Assembly (NCBI GenBank): GCA_944376845.1
Contig: CALWDZ010000002.1
Coordinates: 44,233 to 108,232 of the forward strand
From: an uncultured Clostridia bacterium
GTDB lineage: Bacteria; Bacillota; Clostridia; Christensenellales; UBA1242
DNA length: 64,000 nucleotides
Reading direction: 5' to 3'
This document shows, one piece after another, positions 49,392 to 58,281 of this stretch. The position numbers and the translations under genes are program-made. The notes under the pieces are model-generated. The model was given only the letters and a program-made list of their open reading frames with translations, did not search any database and had not been told where the DNA came from. Each line of letters begins with the position of its first letter. Positions within the stretch are counted from its first letter, which is position 1.

Positions 49392-49751
49392 TTATTTTTT
49401 GAATATTTTAACGAACTCAAAAATACTTAAAATTATTAAAAAAACTCCAAATAGTATTTTTAAAACTCCGCCGTCTATTAAATTTGCCAAGATACTCCCC
49501 ACCACTGCAAAAACAATACCGGACGGAATAAGTATAAAAAGATATTTAGGCACAATCAATTTGTTTTTTATGTGAATTAGTATTGCAATGACGCTCATCG
49601 GCAAAAACGCTATTAAATTATATCCCTGAGCAAGAATTTGACTAACATCGGAAAATATTGTCAATAATGGTATAAGAAGCGTACCACCTCCCATTCCCAT
49701 AGCCCCAACTATACCAGAAAGAAAACCAAAGATAATAAATAAATACCACAT
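49392..49751 (-). CDS. TauE/SafE (TSUP) transporter half-protein
   Basis: GAMGMGGGTLLIP; 4 TM. Confidence 0.85.
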   Translation of the reverse strand: MWYLFIIFGFLSGIVGAMGMGGGTLLIPLLTIFSDVSQILAQGYNLIAFLPMSVIAILIHIKNKLIVPKYLFILIPSGIVFAVVGSILANLIDGGVLKILFGVFLIILSIFEFVKIFKK

Positions 49752-49752
49752 T

Positions 49753-50142
49753 TTATATCACCATTTTAACCCCAACTCCAAGCATCAAAATTGCAAAAAT
49801 TACCCTAAGCCATTTGCTATTTATTTTACTTAAAAAAATAGCACCAATGATTCCGCCGGTAATTGCTCCCAAACTGACCCAAGATAAATTGACAAAGTCT
49901 ATATTATTGTTGTATATGTAAACTAAGGCACTTACCATGCACAATGGCAAAATTACACAAAGGGTGGTTGCATGCGCCTTTTTGCTTTCAAGTCCAATTA
50001 TTTTTTCAAGTATTGGTACACAAAGCATTCCTCCCCCACCACCAAAAAATCCATTCACAAGCCCAATTAGTGCTCCACAAAGTATGAGAATTAATATTTG
50101 TTTTTTTGAAAATTGGTTTTTCATAAAAATATTGTTGCACAA
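49753..50142 (-). CDS. TauE/SafE (TSUP) transporter half-protein
   Basis: NGFFGGGGGMLCVP, KKAHAT. Confidence 0.85.
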   Translation of the reverse strand: MCNNIFMKNQFSKKQILILILCGALIGLVNGFFGGGGGMLCVPILEKIIGLESKKAHATTLCVILPLCMVSALVYIYNNNIDFVNLSWVSLGAITGGIIGAIFLSKINSKWLRVIFAILMLGVGVKMVI

Positions 50143-50222
50143 TTGTCAAAAAATATTTGCAAATATTGCCGATATGCTCTATACTAATTGGGTTAATTAT
50201 TTAAATAAAAAAAAGGTGTTAT

Positions 50223-53200
50223 ATGATTACTGCTAATAAAAAATTCAGTTATTTATCAATTATTATTGTCTCTTTGATTTTGGCTATATGCCTAAGTTTC
50301 TATCCATCGGTAAATAATGGCTTTGCCTTAGCCGAAGATATGGCTTCTACGGAAATTACAATCACGAATAGTGATTTTGACTCGTCTAGTACGGCATCAT
50401 TACAATCAACACCAACTGGTTGGTCACGAGTTGGTTCTTCAAGTGGAACAAACGGGGTTATAAGTGTTAACCCTGACACTTTTTCGAATCGTGCTTCAAG
50501 TTATGCCCTTACTAGTTCTCAAAATCCAAGTAAACCATATACACAATCTGGTCATGAACTTGATAACCATATACTTATGATAAATGCCAAAAGCGGAACT
50601 GATTCAAACGAGTCAAACCATCTTGGATATGAATCTAACGATATCACACTTAGTGCATATTCATATTATCGTTTTAGCATATGGACATTAACGCAGACTA
50701 ATGCACGTGCATCTATATATATTGATGGACTTGGTGATGATGTTGAAAATACAAGTTTTGAATCATATACAACAAATGGTTGGACTGAATATAGATTTTA
50801 TATTGCGACAGGTATAAATGAAGAAACTATAACAATTCAGTTGTGGCTTGGAACAAAAACAAGTGATAGCACAAATGCGGTATTTTTTGACCACATAACT
50901 GCTAGACAACTTTCTGGTAACTATTTTTATGATGAAGCAGGTCAATATGTTGGCACAGACAATGTTGTTTTAAATAGAACAAATATTATTGACCTTAGAG
51001 ACACATTAGATGGTATGATTGAAAACGCTAACTTTGAACTTGGCAACTTCACAGGTTGGACAGTGGAAAATTATCTTCCAATTGGTGGAGACGCAAAAAT
51101 TGTTAGCATTCAAAATCGTGCCAGTATGGAAAGTTTAGGGCTAGACTATATGGGCTCTTCGCTCAGTGAACAAAATAAATATGCTCTAGTTATGTACTCA
51201 ACAACAAATAATGCTGTTACAGTTGAATATGAAAGCACATCATTTGAAGTCTTACCTTACGAAACCTATAAAATAACTATTTGGGCTAAAGTGAGTGATG
51301 ATTTCAATGGAACAGCATATGTTACCCTTCGTGAAGGGACAGATGTTTCAAACTTCTATGGCGAAGATTATTCAGAAGATTTCTACACACCTGTAGAACA
51401 ATCGGTATCAATAACTTCCAACACCGCAAACACTTTAACCAATGACTATACACCTTATTATATTTATGTTAAAGGCCATGACCTTTATAGAACATCATTT
51501 TCTCTTGTCCTTGGCTTTGGAAATTCAGAAGCCGGAGCAACAGGATGTGTTATATTTGATGACATTACTTTTGAAAGTATTTCACATGAACAATTTGATA
51601 GTGCATCAACTACAAACTCAACTTCTGTAGAACCAAGCATTTTAACTGGTTCACCAACAGTGGAAAATGGAACTTTCAACTCTTCTGACACTCTTGACAA
51701 AAATTTTGAATATCCAGTAAAACCTGCAAGTTGGACAAGTCAAACAGAAAATGACACATCAAGTATGTATGGTATAGTAAATACCTACTCACCTTTATAT
51801 GAAGAAAACAGAGCAACATATGGAAATGCTAGAAACCCTGGAAATCCATCAACAACTAATCTTGGTACAAATAGTGATGTAAACAATGTGCTAATGCTAT
51901 ACAATTACCAAGAAACATATCAATCTGTAACCAGTGCTGATATTTCTACAACTGCTAATAGTTATCAACTTTTGTCTTTTGATTATAAAACAGTTGCACA
52001 AAGTTTAAACAATGCCCTACTAAGCGTTTATATTACTGATAGTGATGGCAACATACTTTATGCTGATGAAGGAATAAGCAGTTCAGAGTGGACAAATTAC
52101 TCTGTAATGATAAACACTGACACATACTCAACTACCCTACGTTTAATGCTTGCACTTGGGACAGAAGATGCTCCAGTTACTGGTTATTTATATGTCGACA
52201 ATGTTAGATTTGAAACAAGTAATCTTGTAACAGATGACACTTATGAAGATTACGCAAACTCACATAATACCCTTGACTTCTCGCTTACAAACTTTGGCTT
52301 TGTTTCAAACGAAACAGTAAACGGCATTCATACGCCTTACATGTACGAACAAAACCTTGAAGATGGAGAAGATTCAACTCAAGGAAACCCCGTTGCATAT
52401 GGTGGAATGATTAACGCTGAAGATAATATTTTTAGGATAACTCATAGCAACTCAGATGAGACAAATGAAACTTATATGCCAGCATTTATATCTAATTCAA
52501 TTGCAAGATATACCCTAACAGGCAAAGAATCATTAACATTAAGTGCTGACACATATTACAAAATTTCTATTGATGTATATACTAGATTTACTGGTGATAC
52601 ATTTCAAGAAGGCGTAGAAGAAGATGAAAAACTAAAATTTGGTGCCATCTTTGGTCTTGTTGGAATGGATAGAAACTTTGAAGAAATTGTATCAAATGAC
52701 GAATGGACAACTTATACTATATATGTCACAGTAAATGAAGACACATCTGTACAACTTCAATTTGGAATTTTAAGTGAAAGTGCAAAAATTCAAGGACAGG
52801 CTTTCTTTGATAACTTAACACTTGAAACAATTGAACAATCTGAATATGACCACGCAGTAGAAAGATATGCAGATGATGATACAGTACTTTTACTCACAAC
52901 AGAAGACACAACTACAGAAGACAATGGTGACAATAATACCGATAATGATGATAATCAAACTGATGGACTTATATGGTATGTAATTCCAACCGCAATATTG
53001 TTTGTTGCTCTTGTAATCGCATTATGTGCATACTTTATGAAAAAAGTAACCATTAAAAAGTGGGAAAGAAAAAAAGCCAGCGAATATGATAGAGAGTCTA
53101 CCCTATACCGCGATGTTGTAAGACGTGAAGCAGAACAAATTAGAGATGCAAAAATTAAAGAATATCAAGATAAGATTGATGAAATTAAAACAGAACTTAC

Positions 53201-53513
53201 AAGAATTGAAGAAGTTCATCAAGAAATTCTTAAAAAACAAAGAACAACATCTGGACAACAGGAAATTACAAAAGCAATGGAACGTGACTTTAAAGCATAC
53301 GCAAGCAAACATACCAAACTTGAAAATCAGATTGAAGCGTTAAATGCTAAGATTGAAAGTTTCAAACTTCCTGAATACTTGATTTCAATACAACGTGGAA
53401 TAATAATAGAAAAAGTTAAAAAAGAAAAACAAGAAAAAGAAAGAAAAATTAAAGAACAAAAAGCACAAAAGAAAGCAGAGAAACAAAAATCTAGGCAAGA
53501 AAAATCTGAATAA
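50223..53513 (+). CDS. Large single-pass surface protein with four CBM-like beta-sandwich repeats and a cytoplasmic coiled coil
   Basis: Signal peptide; repeats N-x-x-F ... W-T-x-Y ... F-D-x-I/V/L; TM near aa 920-945; Lys/Glu-rich helical C-terminus. Confidence 0.75.
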   Translation: MITANKKFSYLSIIIVSLILAICLSFYPSVNNGFALAEDMASTEITITNSDFDSSSTASLQSTPTGWSRVGSSSGTNGVISVNPDTFSNRASSYALTSSQNPSKPYTQSGHELDNHILMINAKSGTDSNESNHLGYESNDITLSAYSYYRFSIWTLTQTNARASIYIDGLGDDVENTSFESYTTNGWTEYRFYIATGINEETITIQLWLGTKTSDSTNAVFFDHITARQLSGNYFYDEAGQYVGTDNVVLNRTNIIDLRDTLDGMIENANFELGNFTGWTVENYLPIGGDAKIVSIQNRASMESLGLDYMGSSLSEQNKYALVMYSTTNNAVTVEYESTSFEVLPYETYKITIWAKVSDDFNGTAYVTLREGTDVSNFYGEDYSEDFYTPVEQSVSITSNTANTLTNDYTPYYIYVKGHDLYRTSFSLVLGFGNSEAGATGCVIFDDITFESISHEQFDSASTTNSTSVEPSILTGSPTVENGTFNSSDTLDKNFEYPVKPASWTSQTENDTSSMYGIVNTYSPLYEENRATYGNARNPGNPSTTNLGTNSDVNNVLMLYNYQETYQSVTSADISTTANSYQLLSFDYKTVAQSLNNALLSVYITDSDGNILYADEGISSSEWTNYSVMINTDTYSTTLRLMLALGTEDAPVTGYLYVDNVRFETSNLVTDDTYEDYANSHNTLDFSLTNFGFVSNETVNGIHTPYMYEQNLEDGEDSTQGNPVAYGGMINAEDNIFRITHSNSDETNETYMPAFISNSIARYTLTGKESLTLSADTYYKISIDVYTRFTGDTFQEGVEEDEKLKFGAIFGLVGMDRNFEEIVSNDEWTTYTIYVTVNEDTSVQLQFGILSESAKIQGQAFFDNLTLETIEQSEYDHAVERYADDDTVLLLTTEDTTTEDNGDNNTDNDDNQTDGLIWYVIPTAILFVALVIALCAYFMKKVTIKKWERKKASEYDRESTLYRDVVRREAEQIRDAKIKEYQDKIDEIKTELTRIEEVHQEILKKQRTTSGQQEITKAMERDFKAYASKHTKLENQIEALNAKIESFKLPEYLISIQRGIIIEKVKKEKQEKERKIKEQKAQKKAEKQKSRQEKSE

Positions 53514-53540
53514 AAAAAACTGACCTTATGTCAGTTTTTT
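53514..53540. terminator. Bidirectional terminator
   Basis: AAAAAACTGAC-CTTAT-GTCAGTTTTTT between convergent genes. Confidence 0.8.
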
Positions 53541-54106
53541 TATAAAGTAGTTAAAATATTATTTAATGTTTCTAAGTGTCCTTGTTCTGCATTTCGAATA
53601 TGTCTTATAATATCTATAACAGTAGCATTTGTTAACCTATCTAACATTCTATCATATTGTTTTATTGCACACTGCTCATCACATATTGCTGACCTAATTA
53701 TAGTTTTTGGATCAGTAAGATAATTTATGTATCTTGTAGTAAAATATGCATCTCGCTGTGGCGGAAATGCAGTATAAATAGGGTCTATTCCAAGTCTTAT
53801 TAGCGTTTGAGCCAAAAGACGCAAATGATGCATCTCAGCCTCACCAATATCAAGAAGTTGTCTTGAAATATCAGTATAGCCCAAATTCTCTAGCACTGTA
53901 GCATAATAAACATATTGCAATATGGCTGCAAGTTCGCTACATCTAGAACTATATGCTGGAGAAATTATTCTTGCACTTACAGCATCTTGCGAAAGTGCTG
54001 AAAGATCATACGATGATGTTGGTCTAGGCGTTGTGGTTTGAGGCTCCTCTACTATTGGCGGACTTGATATATTTTCTTGTGTGCCGTTTTGAATATTTTC
54101 TTCCAT
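53540..54106 (-). CDS. Ferritin-like / Mn-catalase (CotJC-like) protein
   Basis: SELAAILQY, EMHH, DEQCA, EQGH di-metal ExxH motifs. Confidence 0.8.
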   Translation of the reverse strand: MEENIQNGTQENISSPPIVEEPQTTTPRPTSSYDLSALSQDAVSARIISPAYSSRCSELAAILQYVYYATVLENLGYTDISRQLLDIGEAEMHHLRLLAQTLIRLGIDPIYTAFPPQRDAYFTTRYINYLTDPKTIIRSAICDEQCAIKQYDRMLDRLTNATVIDIIRHIRNAEQGHLETLNNILTTL

Positions 54107-54156
54107 AAAAAAACAACTCCTAGTAAATATCTATTCTATGGAGTTATTTTTTGTTA

Positions 54157-55248
54157 CTATACATTAAATCTAAATAACATTACGTCACCATCTTGCACTA
54201 CATAATCTTTACCTTCAATGCGAACTTTGCCCTTTTCTTTTGCAGCATTATAACTTCCGCATTCAATTAGGTCATTATATTTTACAACCTCGGCTTTTAT
54301 AAAGCCTTTTTCAAAATCAGTGTGAATTTTCCCTGCTGCCTGAGGTGCCTTTGTACCCTTTTTGATCGTCCAAGCACGACACTCAGTTTCACCTGCCGTA
54401 AGAAAACTCATAAGCCCAAGAAGGTCATAACTTGCAGTTACAAGTTGATCAAGTCCGCTTTCTTTAATGCCCAATTCCTCTTTAAACATTTCGCGGTCTT
54501 CCTTATCTAATTTGGTTAGTTCCTCTTCAATTTTAGCACAAAGTGCAATAGTTTTTGCTCCTTCTTTTTGCGCATATTCTTTAACCGCATCAACATATTT
54601 ATTTGGTTTCCCTATATCATTCTCACCTATATTTGCACAATAGATTACAGGCTTTGTTGTTAAAAGGAAAAATGAGTTTATAATCTTTTGTTCATCTTCA
54701 TCATTTGCTTTTACTGTACGTGCATTTTGTCCATTTTCAAGAGCAGATTTTATCTTAACTAAAATTTCCAATTCTTTTTCTGACTGTTTTTCACCAACTC
54801 TTGCAAGTTTATATAATTTATCATATCGCTTTGTAACTGTTTCAAGATCAGCAAGAATAAGTTCCAAATTTATTATTTCTATATCTCGCACAGGGTCAAC
54901 TGATGAATTTACATTTATTATATTTTCATCATCAAAACATCTTACAACGTGGCAAATTGCATCAACCTCACGAATATGGCTTAAAAACTTGTTGCCAAGT
55001 CCTTCGCCCTGACTTGCACCTTTTACAAGCCCTGCTATATCCACAAATTCAATTGATGCTGGTGTTATTTTTCTTGTATTGTACATTTTTGCCAGCATAT
55101 TTAATCTTTCGTCTTTTACATCAACGACGCCAACATTTGGTTCAATTGTGCAAAATGGATAGTTTGCACTTTCTGCACCCGCCTCTGTTATTGCATTAAA
55201 AAGCGTGCTTTTGCCAACATTTGGCAAACCTACTACACCTATTTTCAT
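54157..55248 (-). CDS. ychF: Redox-regulated ATPase YchF
   Basis: GLPNVGKSTLFN, NYPFCTIEPN, DIAGLVKGAS, TGS domain. Confidence 0.97.
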   Translation of the reverse strand: MKIGVVGLPNVGKSTLFNAITEAGAESANYPFCTIEPNVGVVDVKDERLNMLAKMYNTRKITPASIEFVDIAGLVKGASQGEGLGNKFLSHIREVDAICHVVRCFDDENIINVNSSVDPVRDIEIINLELILADLETVTKRYDKLYKLARVGEKQSEKELEILVKIKSALENGQNARTVKANDEDEQKIINSFFLLTTKPVIYCANIGENDIGKPNKYVDAVKEYAQKEGAKTIALCAKIEEELTKLDKEDREMFKEELGIKESGLDQLVTASYDLLGLMSFLTAGETECRAWTIKKGTKAPQAAGKIHTDFEKGFIKAEVVKYNDLIECGSYNAAKEKGKVRIEGKDYVVQDGDVMLFRFNV

Positions 55249-55261
55249 ATATTTTTTCCTT

Positions 55262-56662
55262 TTAATATAATTGTTTTATGTCCCAAATTGTACCGTCTTT
55301 GGTATCCTTAAGCATTATTCCTCGATTATCCAAATTATTTCTTAAACTATCTGCAAGTATATAATTTTTTTGTTTTTTTGCTTCAAGTCTTGTATTTATT
55401 ATTTCTTCAATTTCTTTCTCTGTTATATTTAAAATTTTTAAATACTTTTGTTGTACATTATTTATAAATTGTTTTGGCTCATGTTTTAAAATTCCCAAGA
55501 TTTGTTGTACAAGTGGAAGAGAGTTTACAATTGCTCCAGCGACTTTTTCACTTTTTGTTTTTGCATAATTTGTAAATTCAACAAAAAGGTCTGCAATAAC
55601 TTTTGCACTATTGAAATCATCATCCATACTCTCATAAAATTTATCTACAAGCATATCATTTGCTTCATAATTTTCTAATGTGCTTAAACTGTTATAAAAA
55701 TAATACAAACTTTTTTCGGCATTTTTTAGTGCTTCATTGCCAAGGTCTTGAGTTGATGTGTAATGATTTACTAGTATGGCGTATCTTATAACTTCACTAT
55801 CATAATTTTCAAGCACTTCATCTGCAAGCATAAAATTACCTAAACTTTTACTCATCTTTTGACCATTTATTGTTATAAGTCCATTATGAAGCCAATATTT
55901 TGCAAGGTCACAACCGTTTTCACAATAACTTTGTGCAATCTCATTTTCATGATGCGGAAAGATTAAGTCTTTTCCTCCACCATGGATATCAATTTGGTCA
56001 CCAAGATATGTCTTTATCATAGTCGAACATTCTATATGCCAGCCTGGCCTACCTTGCCCCCAAGGCGAATCAAAGCCAAATTCATCGTTTTCTGTATGTT
56101 TCCAAAGTGCGAAATCTAAATTATCATGCTTATTACTTGCATTTTCAATTCTAACAGAATCCATAAGTTCATCTATTTTTCTATTGGAGAGTGAGCCATA
56201 TGCAGGAAATTTTTTCACATCAAAATAAACATCACCATCTGGAGTTTCATAGGCATAACCCTTTGTTATTAAGTCATAAATAAATTTTATAATCTCTGGA
56301 ATACATTTTGTAACTCTAGGCCTAAAATCCGGCTCCAAAACGTCAAGATTTTTCCATGTTTTATTTATTTTCTCAATTCTTTCATCTGCTAACTTTAATG
56401 GTGAAATATTAAGTTGCTTTGCCTGTGTAATAAGTCTATCATCAATATCTGTATAATTTGAAACATATTTGACTGTATAACCTTTAAGTTTCAAATATTT
56501 ATATATCATGTCAAAAGTAATGGCTTGCCTAGCATGACCAAGATGAACAAGTCCATTTGTTGTCATTCCACATACATACATTTTGACAGTGTTTTTTTCA
56601 AGTGGAATAAATTCTTCTTTTTTTCTGTGTAATACATTATATACTCTCATGTCATTCCTCAA
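55262..56662 (-). CDS. cysS: Cysteine--tRNA ligase
   Basis: MYVCG, HLGH, GRPGWHIECS, FPHHENE, KMSKS. Confidence 0.96.
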   Translation of the reverse strand: MRNDMRVYNVLHRKKEEFIPLEKNTVKMYVCGMTTNGLVHLGHARQAITFDMIYKYLKLKGYTVKYVSNYTDIDDRLITQAKQLNISPLKLADERIEKINKTWKNLDVLEPDFRPRVTKCIPEIIKFIYDLITKGYAYETPDGDVYFDVKKFPAYGSLSNRKIDELMDSVRIENASNKHDNLDFALWKHTENDEFGFDSPWGQGRPGWHIECSTMIKTYLGDQIDIHGGGKDLIFPHHENEIAQSYCENGCDLAKYWLHNGLITINGQKMSKSLGNFMLADEVLENYDSEVIRYAILVNHYTSTQDLGNEALKNAEKSLYYFYNSLSTLENYEANDMLVDKFYESMDDDFNSAKVIADLFVEFTNYAKTKSEKVAGAIVNSLPLVQQILGILKHEPKQFINNVQQKYLKILNITEKEIEEIINTRLEAKKQKNYILADSLRNNLDNRGIMLKDTKDGTIWDIKQLY

Positions 56663-57359
56663 TTTGCGAAATTTTATTTTTCTTTATTTTTGCAACACGA
56701 AATTGCAAAACGAAATTTTTATCTTTATATGTCAAAACGGCACAACAAAGTGCAGAAATTATAGCACCCAATGTACTTGAAATCAAATCAAACATTGTGT
56801 CAAACAATGCACTCTGCCCAACCAGTTCACCAGCATGTTGCATATCCATATCAAGAATTACATCAACCATAAACTCATAAATTTCCCAAATCCCCGCAAG
56901 CGCCACTGAAAAACAAAATACAAACAAGAAAACATATATTGGTGAATTGGCACCTTTTTTTGCCAAGTGATTTACAAAAAACATTGCCAAAAATCCAAGT
57001 AATAAGCCACTAGAAAAATGGACTAAAAGATCCCACCACCAAAACTTATTAAATAAATCAATAAAATTGCCAAGATAAATACTTAAAAATAAAAATAGAT
57101 AAAATAAACTTGTTGCTGTACGCGGAAATTGAATTTTGAATATAAGTCTTAAATATAAAGGTAAAAAAAGCAAAACTATAGCAAGCAACCTTTCAATTAA
57201 AGGTATAGCACTAGTTTCAGTCCCGTCTACCAAGTCTACTATACAAAAAACTGCTGAAATTATAAAAGCAACTAATACCCCCATTAAAAGCATAATGTTT
57301 ATGACATTAAATGCATCAAAATTTCGTTCTTTTTGCCTACGTTCCAAAAAACTTTTCAT
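56652..57359 (-). CDS. Membrane protein, DUF2238/VanZ-like
   Basis: WWDLLVH, WEIYEF, DTMFDL; ATG 57359 preferred because 57419 lies in a terminator. Confidence 0.7.
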   Translation of the reverse strand: MKSFLERRQKERNFDAFNVINIMLLMGVLVAFIISAVFCIVDLVDGTETSAIPLIERLLAIVLLFLPLYLRLIFKIQFPRTATSLFYLFLFLSIYLGNFIDLFNKFWWWDLLVHFSSGLLLGFLAMFFVNHLAKKGANSPIYVFLFVFCFSVALAGIWEIYEFMVDVILDMDMQHAGELVGQSALFDTMFDLISSTLGAIISALCCAVLTYKDKNFVLQFRVAKIKKNKISQIEE

Positions 57360-57407
57360 ATTTTTTATTATGGCATATTGAGTTAAATAAATCAACCTTT
57401 TATACAC

Positions 57408-57437
57408 AAAAAAACTCACCTTTTATTGTGAGTTTTT
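57408..57437. terminator. Terminator after the two small membrane-protein genes
   Basis: AAAAACTCAC...GTGAGTTTTT. Confidence 0.65.
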
Positions 57438-57443
57438 AATAAT

Positions 57444-57857
57444 TTATTGAACAAAATCTTGTTCATCTGTAACTCTTATATTATCAAAATCAGAAACCGA
57501 TTTTAGTTGTTGTTTCTCAAAAATTTTAGTAACATAATTCGACCGCTCATTATCTTTACTATAGATTTCGTTCAAACAATTTTTTGCTTCTAGTGACTTT
57601 GAACAATAATTTTTAATTTTATTATTCAACTTTTTTACCAATTGATATGCACCTGGCAAAACTATCATTGGAGATAATAGCAACAAGTAAATAAATGGTT
57701 TAATCATAATGCCGAGTATTATACCAAGTATAATAGTACTTACACAAGCAATACCAGCGAGTATCTTGACTAATGCCTTATATAAACCACACATTGTCGC
57801 TTTGGAGTTACAATCAAGCATTTGTTTAAATAACTTGCGTTCCTCGTTCGAAACCAC
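57444..57857 (-). CDS. Hypothetical 2-TM protein
   Basis: GTG start with AGGAG RBS; hydrophobic hairpin and charged tail. Confidence 0.65.
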   Translation of the reverse strand: MVSNEERKLFKQMLDCNSKATMCGLYKALVKILAGIACVSTIILGIILGIMIKPFIYLLLLSPMIVLPGAYQLVKKLNNKIKNYCSKSLEAKNCLNEIYSKDNERSNYVTKIFEKQQLKSVSDFDNIRVTDEQDFVQ

Positions 57858-57869
57858 TTTTTGCTCCTA

Positions 57870-58223
57870 TTATAAAGTTAAGTCCTCTTCTTTTTTTACT
57901 TGTTTTTCATCTGTCAATTGTTGTTCGTTGATTTGTATTTGTTTATGTTCTTTTTCAGAATGATATTCTTTTACTTCATATTCTTTTTGAGATTCATCTG
58001 TATAAACCATTCTTTGTGCACTACTCTCAATCATAACACCAGCAGTTATGCTTAATGCACCCAAAGCCAAACCACCTGCGAGCATGCCAAGTAATGCTCC
58101 AGTACTTCCAAGTGTAAAACCAACACAAATTACTAAAACACTAAGTGCCAAACCACAATACATTGCGACTTTTGATAATGTCAATAATCTCTTTTGTTTT
58201 CTCTTAAATTCTCTCTTATTCAT
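57870..58223 (-). CDS. Hypothetical 2-TM protein
   Basis: AGGAG RBS; basic N-terminus, Gly-rich hydrophobic hairpin, charged tail. Confidence 0.7.
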   Translation of the reverse strand: MNKREFKRKQKRLLTLSKVAMYCGLALSVLVICVGFTLGSTGALLGMLAGGLALGALSITAGVMIESSAQRMVYTDESQKEYEVKEYHSEKEHKQIQINEQQLTDEKQVKKEEDLTL

Positions 58224-58241
58224 AAAATCTCCTACCTGATT

Positions 58242-58269
58242 AGTATATCACATCAAGTTATATTGTCAA
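58242..58269 (-). promoter_or_regulatory. Near-consensus sigma-A promoter
   Basis: TTGACA-16-TATACT with extended TG. Confidence 0.65.
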
Positions 58270-58281
58270 TAGTGATTTTAC

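Noticed and set aside
56650-56760. T-box leader for cysS
   Set aside because: cysS abuts the upstream gene, leaving no space, and no T-box consensus is seen
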